A stretch of DNA of 64,000 nucleotides from Eledone cirrhosa (GCA_964016885.1 OZ024740.1:214148001-214212000); one strand, 5' to 3'. Shown: positions 25,357-43,339, numbered from the stretch's first letter. Translations and numbers: made by a program. Notes: generated by a model not told the origin, from the sequence alone.

Positions 25357-27683
25357 TTCAATATTTGAAATATCATTTTTGTTATTTTATTTTTTCACCT
25401 TTTCTCTTTTATTATTTTAATTTTAGTTTTTAGTTTTTTTCTTTTCTTTTTTATTACTTGTCTCACTAGCTTTTTTTGATTACCAACTGTAAGGAGTACT
25501 GGATACGTCTCCGAGTCATGGCTTACTAGCTCTACATGGACGTTTAAATTGAATAAATAAATAAATAAATAAATAAATACATTGGCATAGATAAATCTAA
25601 GTGGTTCACACCGCAACTGGTTTCGTGTTAAATCCTACTTCACCGTATTTTGTGGAAATGTCTTCTACATTAGTTTTGGGTTGGTCAATGTCTTTTAGTG
25701 ACATCTAGTATACAGGAATTATGTAGAACCTCCTTAGAAGGTTGTTTGTGTTGTTGAGATAAAAACTTAATCTGTCGTTGGATTAAACCCCAAATCTGTA
25801 TATTTCCTGGACTATTGCGATCACTCGAACCAAGTTCTCTGTCTTAGTATACTCCTTTCTCTTTCTCTTACTAATCCCTGGACCCTTAAAATGGCTACTA
25901 AGATTCTTAATCTGACTGGCCGAGTAAAAAGGATTTCATCTGCTGATTCTTTCTTATATCCTTTCATAGAAACACATCCTCACAGCTATTTACTTATGTT
26001 TGAGCAATGTTCGGTACGGCAACTTGAAGCCTCCGCCTGGTCGTTTGATAAACTAGAAATAATAGTCAATAGTAGAATACATCATAAATACAGGATGGTC
26101 ATGGTTAGAAGATCTTTGAATCAGGGCTGATCTGAGGTTGAAAACAACACCAACGTGTAATTTAGTTGCTGGCAACATAATTTACGTACACCTTACTTCA
26201 CATGCCCGCGCCCCCCCCCCCACACACAAATAAACACACAGACACACAAATGGTCACAAAGTCTGTATTGACCAGTGGTGTATCATAGTGTTACTAAGCA
26301 CAGTAGGTTATATAAAAATCAATATAATTATATTATTCTTTAGTTATCTAGCCAACGTCTAAAACTATTAGTTCAATAATTTAAGAAATAGAATTGGTTT
26401 GATATTCTTTAATAATCCATTCGTTTAGATACTTTCGTTCATCTTTAAAACAACAAAATGAAATGGTATCTTCTGATGACGATGAACATTAAAGCTTTTC
26501 ACCATCAGAGTAAATCTTTTGTTCAGTTAAATGTTTCATACAGGAAAATATATTATTATGAAAGGTGGATAACGCCTTTCTCTTTGAATACGAACACTTC
26601 CGTTTTATTGAAGTATTCTAAATGTTGATTTTACACACCCACTTAGCTATTGTTTTCTTTGATGTGTTTGGTAAAAAAAAACAGATGGTAAATATAGAAT
26701 ATTTTATGGATTATTCCCAAGAGCCAAAGCGGAATCCATATCAAGTAAAATTGTTAGTGGAGCGGAATGATGGACAGTTTTTACGGAAGAGTTAAGATAA
26801 TCTAATGACGTTAATACTTGTTTTTAATGCTGGCAACGGTGAATTCACTTAGCCAGATATTCACCGTGTAGTGGTATTATCGGAGAAAGGTTGAGAACAC
26901 ACATTTCATATCGTGTGAAACTGGACATTTAGGTCATAGAAAGAACAGATAATCAACCTTATGGCCAAATTTAATAAAGTGCCGGTGCTTCAGGCAGATA
27001 TCATATGTTCGCTCTCCTAATTGTATTTGGTCTTAATGAATTCCTTTCATGATATTGCAAGCTGGAAGTCGTTGTGAGATTTCCTGTAAGATACCAGACA
27101 ATGTTTTCAGTTCATATGGATTGTTGTTCTAAAGTAATTTATCTTTACTCATCTGAATGACGAGAAAGACGTTTGTGAAATTAAATTTCAACTATACAAG
27201 TAATATTAATTTGGATTTTTTCGTTTGCAAGCTGACGCCGCCATATTGTCTTCACTGGTAAGAACTAACGTAATAAAGAGTCGTAGAATGCATAGAATGG
27301 ATAATAGAGTGTGTGTGATCATGAGCTGTGCATCTGCTTGAAGATTTCTCTCTTATTCATAATCCCGACCCGGAAGCAATTTTCGCAGCTATGTAATTGT
27401 AACAGTAAAATATAGAATAAGAGACAGCGGCTAGTGAAACCACAGCAGAAGAACATGACTATTAAAATCCCTGGCAAGAACTCCTCCTATTAGAACCACA
27501 GAAGTATATATTATGTAACCACAAGAGAACAACACCGACTTTGAAAACTATGGGAAAAGACAGACGCACACATTCACAGACCCACACACACGCACACATG
27601 GATATATATATTCATACTAACACACATAATACAGAGAAACACATACACAAATATCTATGTATATGTATGTATGCATATTTCTC

Positions 27684-27790
<107 letters not shown>

Positions 27791-27797
27791 TATATAA

Positions 27798-27841
<44 letters not shown>

Positions 27842-28444
27842 TATTAATATATATATATATATATATGTGAGTATATATATGTGAGTATGTATATATATAT
27901 AGATATATAGATATATACGTTCATATGTGTGTATATATATATACATATACACATATGTACGTATATACATATATAAATAGATATATATATTTATATATAC
28001 ATACGTACTCACACAATCACACACACAGGCACACATACACACACAAACGCACACACACACACACATACACTTATATTGAAGTGAGCTGAAAGAAATCAAA
28101 CAAAAGAAAGAAGAGAAAAAAGTAAAGTAAATGTTAGTATATTACAGTTGTGATAGTGGTTTCTTCAAGTCTACATAGGGGCTTAGAAAAAAGTAGAAAG
28201 ATGAATAGTATTATATTTCTACACCTATTATTTCTATTGTTGAATCCCATGAGGATTCGACATGGTTACCTTTTATGTCTCTGTATAGGGAGGGTGTCTA
28301 CGAAGAAATTTTGCCGCGGGGTTATTGAACTGACTCAAATAAAATTAACCCGTTTTAAAAACCGCATCTTTTACTCTGGAGTGTGTACCTATTGCTATCT
28401 TTCTCTTTCCCTCTCGCCCTCTCTCTACACACACAACATCCTTA

Positions 28445-28524
<80 letters not shown>

Positions 28525-28710
28525 TATTCATTTATTTATTTATGTACACACAAATTTGCACACTCTTAGAAATGTATTTACATACATAGACACAGACACA
28601 CATACACGCCCACACACAGACAGACACAAATATGTGTGTATATATATATCTATATATATATATATATATATATATATCTATATATCTATATATCTATATA
28701 TCTATATCTA

Positions 28711-28833
<123 letters not shown>

Positions 28834-28940
28834 ATAATAATAAATGTTTACTTCAGATTGATTTTTTTAGTTTCAGATGATCCCGAGCGATTCTTTGCTT
28901 AAACTTTAATCTGTTATTTTAATAAATAATAAATATATAC

Positions 28941-28970
<30 letters not shown>

Positions 28971-28972
<2 letters not shown>

Positions 28973-29468
28973 TAGAAAATAGAATAGCTTTCACCGTATT
29001 TTTGACTAAAGAAATTTTAGCCTGATAATGGGGTTTAGAACCCTCAGATAAATGGAAAAAGATGAGTATTGACGTACATATAGCTATATATATATAAACA
29101 AGACTCAGTTGACTTACAAAGCATTGGGGAATCAGAAATTTGAAACAGTGCAGATAATAATATATATATAGAGAGAGTAATAAAAACAAAAGGCGAAGTT
29201 TAGTACTTAATCAGTTTGATATTTGATAATTTCAGAAGGTTGAGTGATCATGATTAATCAATATAGTAACTAATAGATAGTAGTTAAGTATAATCGATGT
29301 GTGCGACCAAGAACGACCTGGGCAGAGGTTGAGAGCTAACCTCAAATCGCTAAGACTAGCAGAAAAGATGAGGAAGCAACACAACATGTGGAGAGATGCC
29401 ATGCTGAGAAGGACCTGTCCAACCCATGCAAGCATGGAAAAGCGAACAGAAAAACGACAAGGATGATG

Positions 29469-29509
<41 letters not shown>

Positions 29510-29706
29510 TACCATAATACCCTTCAGATGTTTGATTTTCCTTGACCTTCTCCCTTGTCACTTTGACCATTGCCGCATTTCATTTACAAGAAGAAAACTA
29601 GGTGATAAGTATACTCAGGCTAAAATTTCTTTAGTAAAAAATACGGTGAAAGGTATTCTATTTTCTAATTTCAAACCTGCTCACTGTTTCAAAACATACT
29701 TACTAG

Positions 29707-29708
<2 letters not shown>
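28971..29708 (+). mobile_element. Family K fold-back remnant with nested insertions
   Basis: 28971-29025 is the reverse complement of 29615-29669. The right arm has a further ~40-bp tail before (TA)n. Confidence 0.5.
29300..29472 (+). mobile_element. RTE-like LINE 3' end
   Basis: ...[11 protein letters not shown]...MWRDAM, then ACCCATGCAAGCATGGAAAAGCG and a GAT tail. Confidence 0.5.
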
Positions 29709-29781
<73 letters not shown>

Positions 29782-29790
29782 TATATATAT

Positions 29791-29897
<107 letters not shown>

Positions 29898-29935
29898 TGT
29901 ATATGTATATATATATACATATATATATATGTCTG

Positions 29936-29983
<48 letters not shown>

Positions 29984-30018
29984 TATATATATATATTTCT
30001 TTATATATATATATATAT

Positions 30019-30076
<58 letters not shown>

Positions 30077-30131
30077 CTTTATATATATATATATATATAT
30101 GTCTGTATATATACATATATATATATATATA

Positions 30132-30217
30132 ACCTTCTGACGAGAGTTTTTATTTTCAATGGAGGCCCGTAAGGACTATCCATTTATTTTTGAGACTCGA
30201 AACCGTACGGTAAAGGT
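30132..30217 (+). ncRNA. Type I hammerhead ribozyme in a ~155-bp island between (TA)n tracts
   Basis: ACCTT-CTGACGA-GAGTTT...AGACTC-GAAA-CCGTACGG-TA/AAGGT. Canonical core; stem III is the palindrome ACCGTACGGT. Confidence 0.88.
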
Positions 30218-30281
30218 AACCATAGCAGGTACAGTGAATTTTTTTAAATTTATTTTAAAACTTTTTCTTATTTGCTAAGCC

Positions 30282-30390
<109 letters not shown>

Positions 30391-30440
30391 AAAGTAATTA
30401 AGTCAAATATTTAAAATTTGGCTTCGTTTATTAAAGATGT

Positions 30441-30495
30441 ACTGCTATATATATTTCGGTGACAGCCATCCTTGGCTGTCACCCCTTCAGGCAGT
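30441..30495 (-). ncRNA. Family D hammerhead ribozyme (A9G mutant copy)
   Basis: Minus strand: ACTGC-CTGAAGG-GGTGACAGCCA..TGGCTGTCACC-GAAA-TATATA-TA/GCAGT. Confidence 0.7.
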
Positions 30496-30819
30496 CCGAA
30501 TTGGTGTGGTAGAGACAGGTACACATGTTGTTCAAGTGTTTTACTCCGTCAATACTCCGATATGTCCTGCTCTTGGTTGGGTTGTTATTTCTCTGAGGAA
30601 CTTGTCTCAGAAATAAAATTTCTATAGACTTTTGACTGAGGAATGTTCTCACAACTGACAAATGGGAGGAGGGAGTCCTATGTGATGCCGAAATTCATTT
30701 GTTCGAATTCATATGATTCCAGTTCCTCAGAGAAATAACAATCCAACCAGGAGCAGGACATATTGACGGAGTAAAACACTTTAACAACACGTGTACCTGT
30801 CTCTACCACACCAATTCGG

Positions 30820-30874
30820 ACTGCCTGAAGAGGTCACAGCCAATGATGGCTGTCACCGAAATATATATAGCAGT
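30820..30874 (+). ncRNA. Family D hammerhead ribozyme
   Basis: ACTGC-CTGAAGA-GGTcACAGCCA-atga-TGGCTGTcACC-GAAA-TATATA-TA/GCAGT. Stem III is the palindrome ATATATAT. Confidence 0.9.
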
Positions 30875-31080
30875 ACATCTTTAATAAACGAAGCCAAATT
30901 TTAAATATTTGACTTAATTACTTTATTTTACATTACTCCGGAGTAACCAAACCAACCTGCGTACTTCGTCGAGTGCTGCAATCTGCATACTGAGGTGTCG
31001 GTAAACAACCAACATATACTCAAAATTTATCTAGCTCCACCACATGTTGACCGCTTCAAACAGTAGCGGATTAAGTCACT

Positions 31081-32520
31081 ATGGAAAAACTGGCAACCTT
31101 GGCGTCACTGAAGGATATCCCCCTACCTGGCAAACGAGAATACACCAGTGAGCTCATCAGAAGTACGGACACCCTTGTCCGTACGTAGGATGAGATGAAG
31201 GGCGTTCCACTTTAAAAGAGGAACGCCTAAAATTCCCAACACCCAAAACATGGAGTACCATTTTAGATCAAGGAGGAACCCTCCCCACAACAGGCTAATG
31301 GAGGAGTTCGAAAACGAGATGATCAACATTATCTCCAACCTCAAATTCTCCGGAAACCCACCCAGAAGTCAGGAGTACCTCAGACACCTGGGAAACGGGA
31401 TTACAAAACTTAAAGAGACAACTGGAATACTTGTCCATGCCGATAAAATCAACAACCTCTACAACATGGACATTGAACTGTATAATAAGATAATTCTCAG
31501 GGAACTGAGGAAATGCTATAAAAAAACACCTGGAGTTACCCTGGATGAGATCAACGCCACAGCTTACAGGGTTATATCCGGACTCGGCATAGAGGATAGG
31601 ACAGCCCCATACCAACCGATGGAGTCGCGTATTACCCTTAAGGACCACAAGCCAAATTTTGAGTCCGACATCCCGGTTAGACTAATAGCCCCCTCCAGAT
31701 CAGACCTAGGGATCGTCAGTAAAAGCATACTGGATAGGATTTTGCCCAAGCTTCGGAAAAAAACTAGATTACAGCAATGGTCATGCACGGGAGAGGTAAT
31801 AGAATGGTTTAAGATACTACCTGAGAAAAGTAGGACCAGCTTTATCCAACTGGATATTGAAGGCTACTACTCCTCAACCTCGCCCATAGTACTCAATAAG
31901 GCCCTTATTTTAGCGATGTCCAATACGGACCTAACACGCGAAGAGGTGGGCATCATCCACGCCGCCCGAAAGACCCTGCTCAGTTTCGGTGGAGACCTTT
32001 GGACCAGAAGTGATTGTCCAAATAACTTTTACATCACGATGGGCTCCAGCGACTCCGCACAGGTAACGGACCTGGTCGGGCTATTCCTGCTGAAGCAGAT
32101 AAAAGATGAAATCCCCTGCTTGGGCGGCGGATTGTATCGTGACGATGCACTCTTCATAGTCTATGCCCACAGCACCACTATGGTGGAGAGAATGAAGAGG
32201 CGTATTCGGCATTTCTTTAAGAACCATGGGCTCAATATCGAACTAGACCCAAATAGAAAGGTAGTTAACTTCCTAGACACCACCCTAAACCTGAACACTG
32301 AGCAATACTAGCCCAATCACAAGCCCAACGAGAAACTGGTATATGTTAACGCCAAGTCAAACCACCCTAGATCCATAATTAAGGCCGTAGTGAAGAGTGT
32401 CTCGGACAGGATCTCCAGCCTGTCTGCAAGTAAGGAGATCTTCGATAGCAACGCGGAATATTACGACGCAGCTCTAAATAAGGCGGCGCATGACCAAAAT
32501 ATATCATATAATCCGAGGCG
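31081..32520 (+). pseudogene. PLE reverse transcriptase (family D), with a frameshift near the N-terminus and a stop at 32311
   Basis: ATG at 31081 (MEKLATLASLKDIP); ADK, TLKDHKPNF, RLIAP, FIQLDIEGYY, MGSSDSAQVTDLVG, GGLYRDD, VNFLDTTL; homology continues past the stop (HKPNE..YVN.KSNHP). Confidence 0.92.
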
Positions 32521-32884
32521 CCATGACGGGGATAGCCCAACGGATACCCCGACCCACGGGATCTAGGATGGGGGGAACCCTAACAATACAAGCAGAGTAA
32601 AAACAACTAAACACCATGAATCCGACACCACCACATTGGCGAGGGGCACGCGTACACATAACCATGGGAGGTTGCCTCATTTGCTCTTAAAACGCACCAC
32701 CCCATGGTAGTGTAAAGATCGTAATCCTTTGCATTTCCCGATTCTGACACATTTCGACTTCAGTCAATATTTTCCAAATCTTTCAAACTTTAATATTGGC
32801 TATAACACACACGCACTTTATTCTTCTTTGATATTTGGCTATAACAAACACGCATTTTATTCTATTTTATTTATTTTTTTTTTT

Positions 32885-33142
32885 TTACTTCTTCATTTTA
32901 TTGTATCTTATCTTATTATTTTATTATTTTTATTTTTTTATATTTTATTTCTTCATTTTATTGTATCTTATCTTATTATTTTATTATTTTTATTTTTTTT
33001 ATATTTTATTTCTTCATTTTATTGTATCTTATCTTATTATTTTATTATTTTTATTTTTTTAAATATTTTATTTCTTCATTTTATTGTATCTTATCTTATT
33101 ATTTTATTATTTTAATTTTTTTATATTTTATTTCTTCATTTT
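32885..33142. repeat. ~62-bp T-rich tandem repeat, about 4 copies, in the PLE 3' UTR
   Basis: TTCTTCATTTTATTGTATCTTATCTTATTATTTTATTATTTTTATTTTT repeated. Confidence 0.85.
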
Positions 33143-33575
33143 TACCTTATCTTATTCAATTATCTGTTTGGCACCCCCCCACCACGTGAAAGGGTGGTAG
33201 GATTGATGCCAACCCACACACACTCATTCTTCTAAAGACAGCAGCCGTAGAGAGCTAAGGCTGACCTGCCAGCCAACGCCCTAACACCAATAAACACAAG
33301 GGAGGAGGAGGTCAGCTGTACTTAACAAAAACAACCACAACAGATTGTCTTGCCTCAGAAATAAAATTTCAATAGACTTTTGACAGAGGAATGTTCTCAA
33401 AACTGACCAATGGGAGGAGAGAGTGTCCTATGATGCCGAAATTCGTTTGTTCGAATTCATATGATTCCAGTTCCTCAGAGAAATAACAACCCAACCAGGA
33501 ACTGGACATATCGGAGTATTGACGGAGTTAAACACTTCAACAACATGTGTACCCGTCTCTACCACACAAATTCGG

Positions 33576-33630
33576 ACTGCCTGAAGAGGTCACAGCCAAG
33601 GATGGCTGTCACCGAAATATATATAGCAGT
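33576..33630 (+). ncRNA. Family D hammerhead ribozyme (3' pLTR)
   Basis: Same fold as 30820-30874. Confidence 0.9.
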
Positions 33631-33811
33631 ACACCTTTAATAAACGAAGCCAAATTTTAAATATTTAACTTAATTACTTTATTTTACATTACTCCGGAGT
33701 AACCAAACCAACCTGCGCACTTCGTCGAGTGCTCCAATCTGCATACTGAGGTGTCGGTAAACAACCAACATATACTCAATATATGTATATATATATATAT
33801 ATATATATGTC

Positions 33812-33888
<77 letters not shown>

Positions 33889-33889
<1 letters not shown>

Positions 33890-34375
33890 GTATATGTTGG
33901 TTGTTTACCGACACCTCAGTATGCAGATTGGAGCACTCGACGAAGTGCGCAGGTTGGTTTGGTTACTCCGGAGTAATGTAAAATAAAATAATTAAGTCAA
34001 ATATTTAAAATTTGGCTTCGTTTATTAAAGGTGTACTGCTATATATATTTCGGTGACAGCCATCCTTGGCTGTGACCTCTTCAGGCAGTCCGAATTGGTG
34101 TGGTAGAGACGGGTACACATGTTGTTGAAGTGTTTAACTCCGTCAATACTCCGATATGTCCAGTTCCTGGTTGGGTTGTTATTTCTCTGAGGAACTGGAA
34201 TCATATGATGACGGAGTTAAACACTTCAACAACATGAGTACCCGTCTCTACTACACCAATTCGGACTGCCCGAAGAAGTCACAGCCAAGGATGGCTGTCA
34301 CCGAAATATATATAGCAGTACACCTTTAATAAACGAAGCCAAATTTTAAATATTTGAATTAATTATTTTATTTTA
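33889..34375. mobile_element. Family D2 pLTR-only fold-back with HHRs at 34035-34089 (-) and 34265-34319 (+, degenerate CCGAAGA core)
   Basis: The left arm (33889-34207) has the full 3' end. The right arm (34209-34375) stops at TTTTATTTTAT. Confidence 0.88.
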
Positions 34376-34384
34376 TATATATAT

Positions 34385-36443
34385 ATTAATGAAAAAGAAC
34401 AAAGGAACTATTATGACATTATAACAAGTTTGAATATGCATGACTGACGGGATATAGAAGCAACATGGATAACACGACCACCATCTAAGCTAGAACCGAC
34501 CCCTACAACAAACAAAGAGGGGACAGCCCTTAGCATTTGACCAGTCGCGTGTGAACTTGGAATTGGTGAGAGGAGGGGATAATTGCGAGAGACGCAATAT
34601 ACCACCCCAGTCAAGTCCGTACTGGACTTTTTTACCAATATATCATGTACACCAATATATCCTATACAGCAAGACCTTGGATTTAGAACAGGCAGGCTAA
34701 TCTATCGCAAACGCGTGCAATCCCCGAAACTAAAAGATCGAACGGACCACACCCTGTGACCACTAGCTATTTGATCCACAGGTACATTTCCCAGAGAGTC
34801 CACACAGCTGATAGTGAATCCCAGTTGATTCGTGAACTCGGAACTGTTCAACAAGACCAACTGTGCCTGGATCTATGCAGATGACTACATGCGCACAATG
34901 GATATCGCACCCACAAGGTCACCTGTATTGTTCATCTTGCTGTATGTGTGTAAAGTATCCGTGCGTGGGATATCCCTGAGTAAATTTGCTTGACTGTTAA
35001 TTGTTTATTGATTGTTTGTTAATTAGGCAGGAATATATTATTATGTCTTTGTTAATCCTATATTAATAATTTTTTGATAATACATTATTAGATTACTGAA
35101 GCTACTTTATACCTTCTTAAAAATACATTTTATAATTATTGTCTTTTTGCTTATATATTTTCTTACTTATCATTTTCTTTAATCTTGCCCAACTTGATAA
35201 GCTCTTTGAATTGCTCCTTAATTAGATTACTTAAATTACTTAAATTACTTTATCTATTATACCTAAGTTGTATCTGTTGAAGCAGCCCTTTGAAAATTCC
35301 TCGGATCTCCCAAATCCCGTAATTTTTAACTTTTAATTTGTAATTTTCCTCAATTCATTTATATATATTTTTAAAGGTTCTCTAAAATTTTAATTCTTTG
35401 AAGGGTCTTTCGGAAGAGGTTTTTATTAAAAATATTAAAGGGGCCTTTTCTGAGGGATTTTTTGAAGGCTTTTTGAATTAACCTTTAATTGATTAATTTC
35501 TTTCAACTATTTATTTCTTAATTTTTAAAATTAAATTTAACGTTCAACCCCTTAATCGTTAATTTTTAATCTTGGATATATAAGATTGCTTAATCTTAAA
35601 TTCATTAAATTTTTTAATTTCTGGGTTTGGAACTCTTAAAATTCAAATCCTAACTTAAATCTTACTCTTTATAATATGGACTCCCGAAATCATTAACTTT
35701 ATTAACATCTTAAATCTTATTGAAAGTTCTTTTCCCTAATTTTGAATTTTTGAGTTTAGAACTTTCGTAGGGATTATTAAATCTTCGTAAATTTTCTAAA
35801 ATTTTTTAAGGGGATCTCTTAGAAAACATTTTTTTCTTTTAAAGGAATTTTTTAGGAAACTTTTTATTTTTATTTTTTTAATTTTTTTATTCTCTTAATC
35901 TCTTCTGGTTTGTTAGGTTTATTGGGGCTTATAAGCTTTATGCGCTTATTGAGGGATTTTTTAAGGTGCTTTTACGAGATCCCAAGTCTTTTACTTTTAA
36001 TGCGTAACTTATAAATTCTTTAATTTTTAACCTTCAATCCCTAACTCTTAGGCCCTTTTCAAATTCTCTTAACTCCCTATAACCCATCCCTTTTACAACT
36101 CCTACAACTAATATAAAAGAGCCCCCTTAGAATATAGACCCCAAATATACAAGCTGAGCTGTTGATGTATACCACGATTTCAAACTGCTAATCTTGAGTG
36201 AAACGTTGATGTAAATAATGAACTTACAATCACCTGATATATATGCCTTGAAAAGACCCACCATATGGTCGGACGAAACGGCTGTCGGCAATAAACTTGT
36301 TATAATGTCATAATAGTTCCTTTGTTCTTTTTCATTAATATTTCTGCTCTGCTTATACGCATAGAGCTTAACTAGCTACCGTCGCATATTTGGTAGGTCA
36401 GGCGTGATCATCGCGATTCACGTACGACCTACCATACATCTTG

Positions 36444-36446
<3 letters not shown>
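34385..36446 (+). mobile_element. Family G: ~2-kb apparently non-coding HHR element with a 47-bp inverted arm
   Basis: 34385-34431 is the reverse complement of 36293-36341. HHR at 36244-36290. Flanked by (TA)n. Confidence 0.7.
36244..36290 (+). ncRNA. Hammerhead ribozyme, U3-A8 core variant (family G)
   Basis: TGCC-TTGAAAA-GaCC-cACCA-ta-TGGTc-GGaC-GAAAC-GGCT-GTC/GGCA. Classic GUC cleavage triplet. Confidence 0.72.
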
Positions 36447-36527
<81 letters not shown>

Positions 36528-36560
36528 TCTGTATATATATATATTATATATATGTCTGTA

Positions 36561-36673
36561 TACTTGAGGACGATACCGGATGCACTGCGGAAGAACTGGC
36601 AAACGCTATGAGAGACAGAGATGGATGGAGGAAGCGTGTCGTAGAGAGCCGAGCAAGCTCGACCTGATGATGG

Positions 36674-36678
<5 letters not shown>
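36561..36678 (+). mobile_element. RTE-like LINE 3' end
   Basis: [34 protein letters not shown] followed by a (TGA)n-like tail. Confidence 0.7.
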
Positions 36679-36722
<44 letters not shown>

Positions 36723-36858
36723 TGTATATATACATATATATATACAGACATATGTATATATATATATATATATATACAGACATATATATATATATACATA
36801 TGTCTGTATACATATATATATATACATATGTCTGTATATATACATATATATATATATA

Positions 36859-37221
36859 TTAGAAAGTGAGTTTTTTTCTACAAAATGAAAAATAACCGAG
36901 GTGTCCTAAACGAGTGAAAGTATAAAGAAAAAAAAAAATCGAAAATGCAACTGGAGTCTTATTTAAAAAAAAATATATATATTTATTTGGTTCCTTTACC
37001 GGTTTCGCAGTTGTTCTGCTTTTCAAAAGTAGAGTTGAGATGGAGGGTCTGTGGTTTTTCTCACATCTCACAGATGTGAGAAAAACCACAGACCCTCCAT
37101 CTCAACTCTACTTTTGAAAAGCAGAAAAACTGCGAAACCGGTAAAGGAACCAAATAAATATATATATTTAAAAAAAAAATAAGACTCCAGTTGCATTTTC
37201 GATTTCATCTTTTTTTCTTTA
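36859..37221. mobile_element. Family F pLTR-only fold-back with mirrored U3-A8 HHRs (36994-37029 -, 37111-37146 +)
   Basis: Palindrome centred near 37070. The + strand HHR reads CTT-TTGAAAA-GCAG-aaaaa-CTGC-GAAA-CCGG-TA/AAG. The left arm has a ~62-bp extra tail. Confidence 0.85.
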
Positions 37222-37261
37222 TATATATATCTATATCTCTCGCTCTCTCTCTCTCCCTCTC

Positions 37262-37508
<247 letters not shown>

Positions 37509-37541
37509 GTCTGTATATATACATATATATATTATTTTACG

Positions 37542-37584
<43 letters not shown>

Positions 37585-37913
37585 TAAATTAGCGAGAATC
37601 GTATTTCGGCTTTGGAAATTAGCGAAAAACAACTTCCGCGATGTGTGGCAAGCGCTCAATAATTCTAACGAACCAGAGCTACAACATACGTTAAAAGGCC
37701 AAACACACACACATATATATATATATATATGTCTGTATATATATATATACATTTGTCTGTATATATACATATATATATGTCTGTATATATATATATACAT
37801 ATGTCTGTATATATATAAATATATACATATGTCTGTATATATAAATATATACATATGTCTGTATATATATAAATATATACATATGTCTGTATATATATAA
37901 ATATATACATATG

Positions 37914-37981
<68 letters not shown>

Positions 37982-38106
37982 TGTATATATAAATATATAC
38001 ATATGTCTGTATATATATAAATATATACATATGTCTGTATATATAAATATATACATGTCTGTATATATATATATATACATATGTCTGTATATATATATAT
38101 ATATAT

Positions 38107-38376
38107 CGGAGTATTGACGGAGTAAAACACTTTAACAACACGTGTACCTGTCTCTACCACACCAATTCGGACTGCCTGAAGAGGTCACAGCCAATGATGG
38201 CTGTCACCGAAATATATATAGCAGTACATCTTTAATAAACGAAACCAAATTTTAAACATTTGACTCATTTATTTTACTTTATTTTACATTACTCCGGAGT
38301 AACCAAACCAACCTGCGTACTTCGTCGAGTGCTGCAATCTGCATATTGAGGTGTCGGTAAACAACCAACATATACT

Positions 38377-38380
<4 letters not shown>
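38107..38380 (+). mobile_element. Solo family D pLTR fragment with HHR at 38171-38225
   Basis: Near-identical to 30760-31022 and flanked by (TA)n. Confidence 0.88.
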
Positions 38381-38425
<45 letters not shown>

Positions 38426-38427
38426 TT

Positions 38428-41866
<3,439 letters not shown>

Positions 41867-41878
41867 CATACATATATC

Positions 41879-41968
<90 letters not shown>

Positions 41969-41970
41969 TG

Positions 41971-42022
<52 letters not shown>

Positions 42023-42043
42023 TATATACATATATATGGCTGT

Positions 42044-42109
<66 letters not shown>

Positions 42110-42112
<3 letters not shown>

Positions 42113-42580
42113 AATATGATAATAATGAGCTGCGCGTTGCAAATGGGGTACATATGAAAAAGTAAGTCCTTCATCAGTGACCCTCCAACCGCCCCAGGCA
42201 TTTCATCGCTTTAAGTGCCATATACCTCAGGTTGGTGCGAACAACGGCTAAAAAAAGTTGTTGGGACACGTAAATAAAGGGGACGTAGGGTGAACAAACA
42301 AAATGGTTTAAGCAACGGAAAGTGAGAAGAAAGAGACAAGTCCCAGATTTCTATGAATATAAACTCGGTGAAATCGTGAATAAGAGACAAAAGACCATCA
42401 AACCTGGTTGAAATGTGAGCAAGGAAAGAATTTCGCACAGGTCTAACGGGGGGAAGAAGAAGGGGTCTGGTCTATATATATATATATACATATATACATA
42501 TATGTCTGTATATATATATACATATATACATACACAATTTCGCACAGGTCTAACGGGGGGAAGAAGAAGGGGTCTGGTCT
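42110..42580 (-). mobile_element. Family J copy, with a duplicated 5' segment
   Basis: Homologous to 5155-5470. The segment 42430-42475 is repeated at 42537-42580. Confidence 0.65.
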
Positions 42581-42669
42581 ATATATATATATACATATAT
42601 ACATATATGTCTGTATATATATATATACATACACACATACACACATATATATATATATGTATATATTTG

Positions 42670-43277
42670 TTTAGCAAGATTCTTTATCTGAAAACGTGTG
42701 TTGAAACCGATATTGTTATACTTTGGGAGGGTCATGTTGCCAATAAGAAACACAAGCACCAGTTTGTTTCACTTCAATTTATTATAATAAATTTATAAAT
42801 TTAGGAATTCATACATTTCCGGTTGGTTGGTTGGTTCCACAACCAGATGATTGTTTATATATTGTCAAAGTTCTTTCGTCACACATTCTGTGACCTCTTC
42901 AGTGACTGGGGATTCTTTTCTTTGTTTTTGTCCCTCTCCCTTGTTCTGTCCTACGCCATCTTGTTTTTGTGTGTGTGTTGTGTGCTTAGTTTGCGCATGT
43001 GTTACATCCAGGTGTCTGTGTGTGTTTATATTCGTTTATTTATTTGTTTATTTACATGTTACTGGTTGGTTGTTTGTTCTATGTGCGTGTGTGTTTTCAT
43101 TTTGTCCTTAATTGTAAGTTGTGATGTTGCTGTTCCAATCATGTTTTCTATTTAATTTTGGTTGGAGTTCATTTATGTATGGAACTCCAACCAAAATTAA
43201 ATAGAAAACATGAATGGAACAGCAACATCACAACTTACAATTAAGGACAAAATGAAAACACACACACGCATAGAACA
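42670..43277 (-). mobile_element. Family A PLE 3' end fold-back; HHR at 42864-42906 (-)
   Basis: Homologous to 1015-1568, palindrome centre near 43176. HHR: GTCA-CTGAAGA-G-GTCAC..GTGAC-GAAA-GAAC-TT/TGAC. Confidence 0.85.
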
Positions 43278-43339
43278 CATCAAATCAACCATAATACTAA
43301 CCAGGATGTATATATATATATATATACACATACATATAT

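Noticed and set aside
26400-27250. Possible decayed transposase or host exon
   Set aside because: I found no sustained reading frame or nameable motif by eye.
36859-37221. Treating the small palindromes (E, F, H, D2) as MITEs or miRNA hairpins
   Set aside because: The ends are asymmetric, the centres vary, they carry HHR sequence, and F and D2 match PLE pLTRs. All of this points to retroelement fold-backs.
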